Positions 21,391 through 37,922 of a DNA stretch of 64,000 nt are shown one piece after another. This DNA comes from the human T2T-CHM13v2.0 reference genome, Homo sapiens. Made by a program: the position numbers and the translations under genes. Below the pieces are notes generated by a model. It was not told where the DNA came from, did no database searches, and saw only the letters and a list, made by a program, of their open reading frames with translations. The stretch is from the NCBI RefSeq assembly GCF_009914755.1, contig NC_060946.1; one strand, given 5' to 3'. Positions within the stretch are counted from its first letter, which is position 1, and every line of letters starts with the position of its first letter.

Positions 21391-24308
21391 GCCTAGATTG
21401 AGAAGGTCCTAGAAGGCAGGTTGGGGTAGTACAGGAGGTGGTTAGACACCAGTGGGTGGTACCCCTCCTTGCGTCTGGCTCCTGGGAGTGAGGCTGAGAA
21501 AATCTCTCCCCATGAAACTGGAGCCTGTGGCTGGCCCTGAAGAAAGGAAGGGATTGGCCACCCGAGGGGCTGAGCTCTATTCCTCACCTGCCCAGCCGCC
21601 CTATCTCGCAGCCCAGTGAGCACATCAGTGCACAGAGGCCTCCATATCATGTCCAACCTCGCATCTATTTTAAAGACTGAGAGGCCGGTCATGTTAGCTC
21701 ACACCTGTAATCCTAGCACTTTGGGAGGCCGAGGCGTATGGATCACCTGAGGTCAAGAGTTCAAGACCAGCCTGGGCAACATGGCGAAACCCCGTCTCTA
21801 CTAAAAATTAGTTGGGTGTGGTGGCGGGCACCCGTAATCCCAGCTACTCGGGAGGCTGAGGCGGAGAATCACTTGAACCCAAGAGGCAGAGGTTGCAGTG
21901 AGCCGAGACCGCACCACTGTACTCCAGCCTGGGTGACAGAGCGAGACTCCATCTCAAAAAAAAAAAAAAAAAAAAGACTGAGAAACTTAGATCCCAAGCA
22001 GGAAGAAGGGTTAAGGTTAGAGCCCAGCCTCCTTCATCCAGCAAAACTGTAGGGAGCACTCATTGAAAGCCAGACCTGTTGGGCACTGGTGCTCTGGAGT
22101 ACAGATAGGTGCTGGCCTTGGGGAGCTGGCCATGAGTGGCAGGGAATCGTATCTACGGAGATATGGGGTAGGGGAGCATGGAAGGATATGGATGAGGAAG
22201 AGTCACTTGTCCCTAGGGGTTGGAGAAGGCTTCTTGGAAGAGGGGACTCTGCGTTGCGTCCTGGAAGATCCCAATGAGTGTGCCAGGTGGGGAAGTGGGT
22301 CGGGCAGCCTTGAGAGAGTCCTGCCTGTGCAGAGGCCCAGAGCCTGGGAAGGGTGTGGGGTCTGCTTCCAAAGCTCCTCCCACAGTGCCACATGCTTCTC
22401 TAACTTCTAGAAACTTCAGTGCCTAGCTCCCAGACCTCCTCCCCTCTTACAGAGAGGGGCCAAGGACCAAATCTCAGGCTCTCAGAACCTTTTTAGGTGT
22501 CTCCACCTCCTCTCTGAGGATTGGAGCAGGAGCTAGAAGGGACACATTTGAGCCACCATGTCCCTGGATCTGTCCCTGCCTTCAGCCAGCTCTGTCTCTG
22601 ACAGCCCAGGGAGAAAAGTGCCAGACACCTCAGAAGTCCCACACCCACTGCCAGTGGCCCCTCAAGCCAGCTTGGGTCGGGGCTTGGAGGGACAGGTCGG
22701 GGGACTGGGAAATGGGACAGGGAAGGAGGTGGGACCCTCCCCATTGGCGCAACATACACATCAGGTGCTACTGAAGACCCAGATGGGGTTCATGTTTAGG
22801 TTATAATCAATAATTATGATAATAGTATCAGCTGCCACGTGTCTGGCCCACCTGGGCTGGATTGATCATCTCCAATCTCTTAGAGGAGTAAACTTGCTAG
22901 GTGAGCGATGCCGTGGCCATTTTACAGGTGAAGAAACAGAAGCTCAGAGGCTCCTGTGACTGCTTCAGAGTCACAGGAATGGGAATGGTCAGGCTAGGGG
23001 TCCACCTCAGGTCTCCCCTCTAAAGTCCTGGCCCTTTGGACTGCATCAGCAAAGGTTTGCTGACTCCGCCACTCATCCAGGGCCCCAAATTTGATTGTGA
23101 CAAACTCACAGGGACCAGACCTGCAGGAGACCTGGGTGGAAGCGACACCAACCTAGTAACCATAATAATCCAGCATTTCCCGTGAAAACCACTTTCCAGT
23201 CCTGGTCACGGTAAACACATGTATCACAAGGGTGTGAAAATGGGACTATTATGCCCACGTTCCAGATGACGCTCAGAGGTTCTATGACTTGCCCAAGGCC
23301 ACATAACTGGCAGAGTGGGACCAAGCCATGATCCCAGCTGGCATTGGGGCCAGTGCTCTGTGCCACTCCCCTCCCACGCTCCCTAAGGCATGGAATGTCC
23401 CTTTCAGTGACCACACATGCCTGTCTGCTCCGGGAGCCCTCAACTCAGCCCAGAGGTGCAGGGCAGGCTGGGCCACACAGGGTCGGGGCACTGGCAGTCA
23501 TGATTATGACGGACAGCCCACTCCATGGCAGTGCCCTCAGTGGGAACCTGGTGTTTACCAGAACCCAAGTATCTGTCCTATGGAGGCTTAGCCAAGTCCT
23601 CCACCGTGGCCCTCTCCTCCCTGAGTGTCCATCTCCCCCTAGAAAAACAGCCTATTCTTCTGACCTGCCTGGCCTGCTCATTTTACTTTGGGAAGGGCTG
23701 AGATGATAGGCACAGAAGGCTTCCTGGAGGAAATGGCTCCTACCCTTGGTTTTGAAGGATGAGTAGTTTTCTGGTTCCATCCGGAACTGTCCCTGTTTCA
23801 GAGATGAGATGACTGAGGCCCTGACAGAGGTCCAGCTTGCCCAAGACTGCACAGTAGGTCAGTGGCAGAGCCTGGCCTCCTAAGCTCTTTCCCCCAACTG
23901 GTGGCCTAGCCCATGTCTGTTCCCTGGCCTCAGTTTACCCAGCTACCAAATGGGGATGACTCAGGGCACACCTCCACCCCAAAATGAATAGAAAAAGAAG
24001 CAGCCTTTCTATGAAGCATTCACTGCATCTAAACACTTCCTAAAGGAGGTGGGTGTGGTTATCCCCACCTGACAAAGCAGGAAGCAGAGGCCCTGAGTGC
24101 TCTCCTTGGGCTGGGGGGCTGGTAAGTCCTGGCGTGAGGCACCAACCAATCTGCAGACCCCCTTTCCCACAGCTCTGCAGCCAGATACCAGGGTGGATTA
24201 TACCTGGCAGAGCGTGCCCGGTTCTGCCACCCCCTAGAGGGCCAAGGGGAGGTGGGCACCTCACATGAACCCCTCTAATGTGGCCTCTCTCCTTCTTCCC
24301 TCCGGCAG

Positions 24309-24436
24309 AACCAGAGCTGGGGTCTGGGGCGGGCCCTGCCGGCACAGGCACCCCCAGCCTCCTTCGGGGCAAGAGGGGCGGACATGCAACCAACTACCGG
24401 ATCGTGGCCCCCAGGAGCCGGGACGAGAGAGGCTGA
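24309..24436 (+). CDS. EMID1: EMID1 last exon, coding part (EPELGSGAGPAGTGTPSLLRGKRGGHATNYRIVAPRSRDERG*)
   Basis: ccggcAG acceptor, phase 1 entry compatible with both A and B, TGA at 24434-24436. Confidence 0.95.
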
Positions 24437-25061
24437 GGGTGGTGGCGGCCCCTGAGGCAGACCAGGCCAGGCTTCCCCTCCTACCTGGACTCGGCCAGCT
24501 GCCTCCAGGGACCGCCCGTCCATATTTATTAATGTCCTCAGGGTCCCTTCTGCCATCTAGGCCTTAGGGGTAAGCAGGTCTCAGTCCTGGCACCATGCAC
24601 ATGTCTGAGGCTGAGCAAGGGCTGAGAGGAGAGGCTTGGGCCTCAGTTTCCCTCTGTGAAGTGGGGGGAGGCAGGCCTTCAAGGAGGGATAGAGGTACAA
24701 GGCTTCGTCTCATCTGCTGTCTGAGCATCCAGGCCCAAAGGCACTGAGGGAGTCAGGAGCTGGGGCTCGGCACATGCAGAGATGACAGGGCAGGGGGCAG
24801 TCTTCCTCCCCCTCCCCGACCAAACCTCGGGGAGCCCTCCTGTGCCCCTCCCTCCTTGTTGTCCAGTGCTGGGTTCCCCACCCCGAGGTCAGGCTGCCCA
24901 ATCCTCTGACTGGATCACCGGGGGCTTCTTGCCTCAGTTCTTCCCTCTGAGCCCCCAGGCCCTCCCGCATCTCAGGTTGGGGATGGGGACATGGAGAGGA
25001 AGGGGCCGCCTACTCCTGCAAATGCTTGTGACAGATGCCAGGAGGTAGATGTGTGCTGGCC

Positions 25062-25067
25062 AATAAA
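25062..25067 (+). terminator. EMID1: EMID1 polyadenylation signal AATAAA
   Basis: First canonical hexamer after the stop; GT-rich sequence follows (~25090-25110). Confidence 0.85.
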
Positions 25068-25381
25068 GGCCCCTACCTGATTCCCCGCAGCTTGGTCTCA
25101 GTGTGTGCTTAGATGGGGGCAGCTGGGAATGAGGCTACGACGGAGAGGGCTAGAAATGGGCGGTGGAGAATGCTCTGTGCTGGAGGACAGAGCCTCCTGG
25201 AGGTATAGGCTGCAAGGTGCAGGGCCAGGAAGCCTGTGTCTCTGGACATCAGGGAACAGCTCTCCCACAACTGGTCATTCATTTGGTGCTCACTCATTCA
25301 TTCATCCCCCTGATGCCAACACAGAAGAGTCAAACACAACTGCTGCCTCCAAGGAGGTCCAGGTTGAAAAACAAACTGGTT

Positions 25382-25387
25382 TTTATT
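25382..25387 (-). terminator. RHBDD3: RHBDD3 polyadenylation signal AATAAA
   Basis: TTTATT on +, ~165 nt past the RHBDD3 stop; GT/T-rich downstream on the - strand. Confidence 0.85.
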
Positions 25388-25551
25388 CTAAACACGTACT
25401 AGGGCAGCATGCTGGGGGGCCTCTCCTGCCTCCAGAGGTGCCCCTGCTCCCCACTGTGGCCCTCTTTAGACAGAGTAGGAGCTCGGGCTACCCACATGCA
25501 GCCCAGCCCTTAGCACCCAAGGGCCTGCCTGTGCCCCACTCTCTGCCTGGG

Positions 25552-29917
<4,366 letters not shown>

Positions 29918-30254
29918 TTAAACAGAATACACTGGACGTGCCACTCAGTCTTTTCACTGACAACCCGCTACAGAGCACTCACTATGTCCCAGACACCATG
30001 AAGGTACTCTGCTTCTGTATTTACTAAATCATACCTGGCTGAGAGCATGAAATGGCCTGCTTCAATCCTGGAGCTACCCCATTCCCTCAAGCTGTGTGAC
30101 CCTGGTCAAATCACTTAACCTCTCTGAGCATCATTGGGGGTCCTCAAATACAAATTGGAGGAGTTATTATTGGGAAACAGGTGCTCAGCTGAGGTCACTC
30201 CTCAAAACCCCAACACCTCCTCCTCCCATCCTGATGCTTAGTTGAAAGTCTTAG

Positions 30255-30449
<195 letters not shown>

Positions 30450-30491
30450 TAGTAGAGACGGGGTTTCACCGTGTTAGCCAGGATGGTCTCA

Positions 30492-30581
<90 letters not shown>

Positions 30582-30835
30582 TTAGTAGAGACAGGGTTTA
30601 ACCATGTTGGCCAGGCTGGTCTCGAACTCCTGACCTCAAGTGATCCACCTGCCTCAGCTTCCCAAAGTGCTGGGATTACAGGCGTCAGCCACCTGGCCTT
30701 AGTTCTTATTTCAAGGAAAAGCTGCTAGAAAGGGAAACCATGAGAAAAGCACTCCTACCCATAGGTTCCAGCCCACCCTAGGGAGTCCTCTGCCTCCCTT
30801 CTTGGCTGTGGATGTGCTGGGCATGCTCCTGTCTA

Positions 30836-31186
<351 letters not shown>

Positions 31187-32921
31187 TTATTACTGGAGCT
31201 TTTATCTCACCAATACCCTCTCAAGCACCTTATCAACAGCCCTATTTTACAGAGGTGGAAACAGGCTGGAGACGCAGGCCCAGCAGCTTGGCCTTAGTGG
31301 AGCTCAGACCCTAACCCATGCGCTCATAAGCCATCTTACCATTCCACTCACCTCTGTTTAAGGACTGGCAGGGGACAGGCATAGAGACTTCTGAGTCCTG
31401 ATAGGCCCTGAACTCCCAAAAAGAGGGGTTCAGGCCCTCACCCCCCAGGGCGAATTCAGGGCCATCTCTAGCCCTCTTCTGTCCTCCCCCTTCCCTCAGA
31501 CTACTACCTCCCTCCTTCCTCCCCTCCCCTGTTCCCAGCCTTAATGCTCCAGATGGTTTCAGTTGCCCTTGACCCTGGGGTGGGGCCAGACAATGGGCAA
31601 GCCGACAGGGTAAGGGGTAGGGCAGATGGGCAGAAGTCCCACATCTTGAGCCATACTCAGAGACCTGCGACTGAGACATCCCCTTTGAGGGTGAACCCAT
31701 CCACTGTAAGCCTCCTCCTGCTTCCTTACTGGCACAGCCCCTCTGGCCCTGGCTCCCCTTTCCACAGGAAGGGTACAGTATGCGCTCCACCTCTTTCTGC
31801 TCTGTGTCCTGAGGCAAGTTTCCAACCTCATCTTTTTACAGATGAGCCTCATTTTACAGATGAGCCTCTCCTTTCTCATCTGTAAAATGGAAATTCATAA
31901 ATTCTTTTCCTCAGGGTATGATGAAATAAAAAGGAATAGGCTAAGGCAGGCCCTGGCCCACAACTCTTCCTCCATAAACCATAGCAATCCGCACTAATCA
32001 TGGCAGGCGTCTGTAGCCACCAACTGGCCCATCGAGAAGGCCTCAATATGGAGGTGGCTGCTCCAGCCTAGCTGGTCCCAGCTTTGGCCCTCAAACATGG
32101 CCTTTCCCTGCCCACCAAAGCAAGGCCTTCTCCCCCGTGCTGTTCTCTTGCATCCAGCCTGTCCTCCAGGGCCTGTAGGTCTTCACCCCTGGTCAGGCCT
32201 CTCGGTCCCAGGACTCCCACTGAGCTGATTCAGGGCAGGAAGCAGGATCCCAGAGAGACAAGAAGGCTGCCTAATTTGCTCCCCTGCCAAGCGCCTTCTC
32301 CACATCTACCAGTTTCCTGCAGGAAAAATGTGGAAAGCTCCTCTGCCTGCATTGTCCTTCCCTCCATTTTGCCAGCAGGCAAACTCCTATTTCACCCTTG
32401 GAAGCCCAGCTCAAATATCCCTTCCCCTCCTCTGGCCCCCTAACATCATGGATCTTATCCTTAGGAGCACAGCTTGGCCAGTCTGTCTCCCTAGGCAGGT
32501 GGTCTGAGCTCATGGCTCCTCTGATCCAACCCCACATTCCCCAGGGTATTCACAGCACACAGCCAGTGCTTTATATATGTTCACTGAAAAAAGGACACTA
32601 GCTTGGCTCCTGGTCCTGCCGAGGGATTTGAAGGTGAACCCTGCCCTTCGCGGACCCGGGCATCCACCTAGGGGGCTGGGGCTAGAGGTCCAGGAAGGTG
32701 GGCAGGGTCAGCCTTGCCTGGAGGCAGGGTTTGGGGCCAAGGCACCCACCGTAAACCTCCTCCTGCATCGACACCTCACAACCATTCCCCAGCTCTGGGC
32801 ACCTTAGCAAGGGTGAAGGGCTTACCCGTGGACACTCGGAACTGGGACTTGAGCCCCCTGGACCTCACTTTCTTCAATCTATGAAACGGGGCAGTGCACC
32901 ACCAGGCCCTGCCTACCTTAC

Positions 32922-33068
32922 TGGGAAGCCGGGAGGGCAGAATGGAAAGACAAGGACGGAGATTCTTCCGGTGGCGGATAGAGTAGGGGGTCCCAGGATC
33001 TGTCTGGTTCGAACTCAGCTGGTGACTTTGCAGAGATACTCAATTTCCTTGGGCCTCAGTTTCCCCTT
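32922..33068 (-). other. RHBDD3: Probable RHBDD3 non-coding 5' UTR exon, overlapping a MIR
   Basis: Acceptor ttgtttctacAG at 33070-33069; donors GTAAGG (32921) or GTAGGC (32916); no ATG inside. Confidence 0.6.
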
Positions 33069-33238
33069 CTGTAGAAACAAGGATATCGGATGAGGGATGA
33101 TTAAAGGGCCTGCTCCACCTCGACCGTTACCGGGGATAGGGTCTCGGGGCCAGGCACGGCGTTCGAGGCCTCCCACCCAGCCGACCGGCCTTGGGGACCC
33201 TTCCCCGCTGGCCCGGGCCACGCGTCCCGGGTACTCAC

Positions 33239-33450
33239 TGCAGAGCGCGCCCGGCAACCCCGAAAGGCCGGTCGGGGACCCCGGCTGGGAGTCAGGACTC
33301 TAGCTCCCGGGCGCGACCCGAGAACCCTGAATCCATTCCGCGCACACCCGGCCGCGTGACCCCTGCCGACCGGCTGGCGCGCCACCCATTCCCCGCGGCC
33401 CGCGGATTAGTCAGCAGTTGTTCTAGTCCGGGTCCCTTCCCCCAGCCCTC
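33239..33450 (-). other. RHBDD3: Probable RHBDD3 first (non-coding) exon; TSS not determinable
   Basis: GCA|GTGAGT donor at 33238 within the CpG island; another possible donor GGG|GTGAGC at 33579. Confidence 0.5.
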
Positions 33451-33827
33451 CCGCCGATCTCCGTCTCCCTGCAGGGCCGACTCTTCAGCGACCGTCCCTA
33501 GAGCCAGCGGACGGAACCATTCCAAACAGCCTAGTCTCGTGCTGAGAGCCTCTCCGGTTTCACGCTGAGACCCGCTCACCCCCGCTCTGGCCCCTTAGAT
33601 GCTATTTTGGCCCGAGTGTCACGTCGGGCGCTCTTTAGAGAGGACTGGGACAAGAGTTGCGGACGCGAAGAACGAGTAAGCGGTGGTTCATCCCTCCTGA
33701 CCCCACCCCCGTGGCCTGGCCCGATGGTCGCGCCCGGGGTTGCGAGATTTGCGCCTGCGCAGTGCGGCGCCTAGAGGGAAAGCGAGAGGGAGACGGACGT
33801 TGAGAGAACGAGGAGGAAGGAGAGAAA

Positions 33828-33840
33828 ATGGCGTCCACGG
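33828..33840 (+). CDS. EWSR1: EWSR1 exon 1, coding part (MAST D)
   Basis: AAAATGG Kozak context, G|GTGAGT donor. Confidence 0.95.
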
Positions 33841-35914
33841 GTGAGTATGGTGGAACTGCGGTCGCGCCGGCGGTAGCCGGAACGCCCAAACTGGGGGTCG
33901 TTCGTCTCTGGGCTTGGCTGGGAAGACTGAGTGGAGTTGCCGAGAGGGGGTTGAGGCACCCGCCGCGGCCCGACGAGCTCGGGGATCCGCATTCCTCTCC
34001 CCTCCCCCAACCGGGCGGGCCGGTTCTGGAATCTTCCGGCGCCCGTGGCGCGCGGGGGGCTTGCTGCGGCGGGGGCGCGCGGGGCCCGCCTTGGCCTCCA
34101 TTGTGTGGCGGTCCTCGCGCCCTGAGCTCCGGGCCTCCCGCCACGTGGGCGGGGCCTGCGGCCTTCGAGGCCCTGCGTGAAGGGGAGGATTTGGCCAGGC
34201 CTCAAGCCGGTCACTATGAAACCGCCGGGGGGCCCGCAGGCTGCTGTCCCTGTGAGGCCTCCCTCCCCGTTTTCAGGGTTTCCTGAGAAACCAGGGGAAA
34301 AAGCAAATAAAGATACCGTGGATTTGTGGGCCGAGGGGTGCCGGCCTATGAGCGGGAGCCCCGTCATCCTTAAGACCCAGTCGGCTGGGGCGTCTGGCGC
34401 TGCCGAGCTGCCCCCTCTGTGGCTTCCAGCCCCAAGCCGAACTTCTGCTCGCCTGGGCTTTAGACAGAATGTGCTTCCCTCCTCCAGGGCCCCCAGTTTG
34501 CCGCTTTCTTGGGCTTCTCCATTTTTATCGTTATTAATCCACGTCCTCCCCTCCCCCAAAACCAATTAAGTGGCTTCCCAGGGCCCTTTTTCTGCAAACG
34601 CCGAGGGACATCCGTTGTATAATAAGGCCAGCCTGGGTCGAGAGACGAGAAACGCTACCAGAAAGATATTTCTGGTCTCTCTGACCTAGGAGGAACAAAA
34701 GGCCGAGCCTTCATTTGAATTATGTTTCAGCAGTGGCCTCGCACGTTTATTCGCCTGCGTTAGGCCGGCAGGCCTGTTGATTTCGTAGGTCGACAGAGGA
34801 GAGGGGAAAAAAGGCCAGTAGAAGCAATCTTAAAGGCACTTGCAAGCAAGCCCCGGTTGGGAACTCCAAAATGGGAGTAGAGTGGTCCTTGATGGAAGGA
34901 GCGTTTAAGAGTGTCGCCTAGCCATCACCTGCAGTTCGCAATCTGTGGGTACACTAACCCGCGAAAATTGGCAGGGTGGAGCATTTTTGCCCCGGGGGTA
35001 TTCTCAGGCCACCTGGTTCCAGGCCTTAGAGACAGTGGGAGAAGATGAGAAGGAAGACAGGAAAAGTTCTGGGCACTCCAGAGTTTTTGGAGTCCAGAAT
35101 CCAGCAACTTAAGGACAGTTTAAGAATTCTCCCCATCTGTGGTCAATAAACAGGTAAGTGTTGGCTGTTCGTGCCGGGATACCAAAGAGTGGATACCAAA
35201 GAGTGCCGGTAGAAGAGAGGACTGAAATACCACAGCTAACCTCCCGGTGGGAAGTGGTTTCCTAGGTGCCCTATCCACCCTCTTCTGCTCTGCAAAAGCC
35301 TGAAAAGGCAAAACGTGTGCGTTGACATTTTTGCGTGGCTGGACGTGCCTTTTTTCAGTCAACTTTGTTCAAACCTTGTTCACCAGTAACTACCATGTGC
35401 TGTACTGTATTAGAATTACAGTTGTGGTTTCTGTTGACACAAAGTAAACACATTAGGCCTGGCTGGGGGGGCCTTCAGAGAGTCACATAAGTAATCTGGT
35501 CCTTAGTTTCCTTTCCTGTAAAATACAGAAGTTAGGCTAGACCTCTTAAGCTTTTGAGCCCTTCTGACCTTCCAGCATAAGCATTCCACAAATTTGTCCT
35601 ATGCTGACTTCAGCTCAGGTACTGTGAAGCTCAACTCAGGTAGTGTGAAGCAGCTTCCATAGTGACTGCTCTAAAGTGTTAAACCGTTGCCTTGGGTTAA
35701 TAATAGAAGTTTTCTCTCCTCGTATGTTATCTCATGTAGAAAAGTACGTAAAGCATATATATCCAGTGCAACAAAGAATTGGAATGCAGACTCGCAGCAA
35801 TCTAGAACCCCCAGCGCTCAATCACAGTGAAGTGATTTTTAGTGAAGTCAGTGGCTCACTTTTGGGGGTTAAAAACGAACACGGTTGCTGAATAATCTGA
35901 CCAGTTTGTAATTG

Positions 35915-35958
35915 TATTAGGTTGGTGCAAAAGTAATTACGTTTGCATCAACCTAATA
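35915..35958. mobile_element. Internally deleted MADE1 (Hsmar1-derived MITE)
   Basis: TA-TTAGGTTGGTGCAAA ... TTTGCATCAACCTAA-TA terminal inverted repeats with TA flanks. Confidence 0.85.
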
Positions 35959-37706
35959 GCTTGCTTGAGGGCCTGTGATGTTTGTGTGCTCTAGGAAGAT
36001 AAATGTAAGTTCATGAAACAAATTTGCTACCTTCTATAGCCCACCAGTTAGTATAGGGCCGAATCCTGTGGTTTCTCACTGATAAGAGGTCATTGGTTGT
36101 TCCATATCAGCTTTGCCAGTTTGATGTTTTACATAACTGCTCTTGCGTAAAAGTCGTCTTGCAAACGTTGAACTTACATGACAGTGATTTACAATCACTT
36201 CTCAAGCAAAGACCTCAACAAAACGTGGGTTAAAATATTTGATGTTAAATGATTCATTGCTGTGTTTATTTTGTAGATGCCACATGGAAAAAATGATCTG
36301 CATTTAGTTTTAATGTCAGAGAGAGTATGACTTGTAGTGCTATTGAAAATGCCTTTAAGATTGTCATGAACAGATTATTTTTTTCATTATAGGTTAGCCT
36401 TTGGGCAGTTGATTTGTTCCTCTTGGTGATTCAGGGTTTTGAGTTAAGAGTGTGTACAAAGGAAAGAAAGTAGTCCAGTAAAGTACAGAGAGGTAGGCAG
36501 ATAAGCCAACGTGAAGAGATGGATTCAGCAAAGCTCTCTCAGGCCGCCGAGGGATTGTGAGGCTGGCTTTGGATTCCATGAAGTGGATGCCATGAAGAGC
36601 TGTCAATTGTTGGTTTTGGATGAGGGACTACTTTCTGATTGGAAAATAAAGGACCCCTTTTTTCCGTCCTAATGGCAGTACTGTCTTCAGACAGAACAAG
36701 ATATGTGTTCTTGTGGAGAAGAAAGAATTGGGCAGAATTTTCAAAAATAATTACTTTAACTGCCTTTAAAAAAAAACTAAATTTATCTAACTTTAATGCA
36801 GTAGCGCTCTGAAAACTATTTTCCGTTTGTTTTTACTACTTGTAGACACCTCAGTGGACCAGTTTTTGGTCCCTTTGGATGCATGTTATAAATTTCATAG
36901 GAAAAGGAAAATTATAGGGAGGTTTACTTAGATAAGGGATGAAAATTCATGTCTTTTTTTTAAGTTGAAATCATTTTGAGTTGTATGAAAGACAATGGTG
37001 TTACCAAATTTTTCCCAGAAAGACTAAATGCTTTTTCTTCTTTGCCAGTCTTCAGGGTTCTGCCTTAGCTCTGCTTCACCAGGGTTTATAATATATCTAG
37101 CTTTTAAGTTGCTGCACAAATATAGTTCTGACACAGCAAACCCTTTAAAACACTGGAGTGTGGTGACTGCCTTCTTGTCTGCCATTCCGTTTCACTGTCG
37201 TTGAGCTAGGGAATGATGGTTTGTCTAACTTGCTAAAGTGAGGGGAGTGAAAACTAATTTTTGAGGAGAGGTAGGTTCTAACGTAACCAATCTAGTGTTA
37301 AACTTTGTATTATTGTTGCATGCCTCCGTTTTATATGAGGGTAGAAACTTCTGATCCTGTTAGTAGATCTTGTTGTCAGTCTGTGATATTGATGATCATC
37401 CTGTATTTTAAATGACAGTTGGGATTGGGATGGGTTTTGTGGTCATGGGAACATAAAAAGTATACCTGCCAAATCAGCTGATCTTGACCTCATTAGCTAG
37501 TCCCATAGTCAAATGTTGAGTTTAACTGGTTTAGACTTTTTTTTCTGTTAGATGTTGAGAGGTAAGGGGGACTCATTTGGACCTGTGTTGGCAGGTCTCC
37601 CTACAGTTTAAAGAATTCTTCCTGCCACGTGAATTCTTTCCCCCTTTTTTCTCTTCTCCTTGTTTCTGCTAACTTTACACTATTTTTCCTCCTTGTTTTC
37701 CTCTAG

Positions 37707-37743
37707 ATTACAGTACCTATAGCCAAGCTGCAGCGCAGCAGGG
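37707..37743 (+). CDS. EWSR1: EWSR1 exon 2 (DYSTYSQAAAQQG)
   Basis: ctctAG / GTAAGT, 37 nt. Confidence 0.95.
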
Positions 37744-37870
37744 GTAAGTCAGTCTTTTATAACCGTATTTTGTGTGTGATTAATATTTTTTGAATATGGA
37801 GCCTTCTATAATTGTAGAGGTGGTATTTGAATGTTCTCTATTCAAGTTATTGCATTTAATTCTTTTGCAG

Positions 37871-37922
37871 CTACAGTGCTTACACCGCCCAGCCCACTCA
37901 AGGATATGCACAGACCACCCAG
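37871..37922 (+). CDS. EWSR1: EWSR1 exon 3 (YSAYTAQPTQGYAQTTQ)
   Basis: ttgcAG / GTAATC, 52 nt. Confidence 0.95.

Larger units (their letters stand above)
33100..34450. promoter_or_regulatory. CpG island / bidirectional promoter shared by RHBDD3 and EWSR1
   Basis: High GC and CpG, head-to-head genes, NRF1-like TGCGCCTGCGCA at 33750-33761, YY1-like AAAATGGCG over the EWSR1 ATG. Confidence 0.9.

Noticed and set aside
33635-34569. Long ORFs on both strands in the CpG island (up to 264 aa)
   Set aside because: Expected from stop-codon scarcity at high GC; the 33828 ORF is EWSR1 exon 1 read into intron 1.
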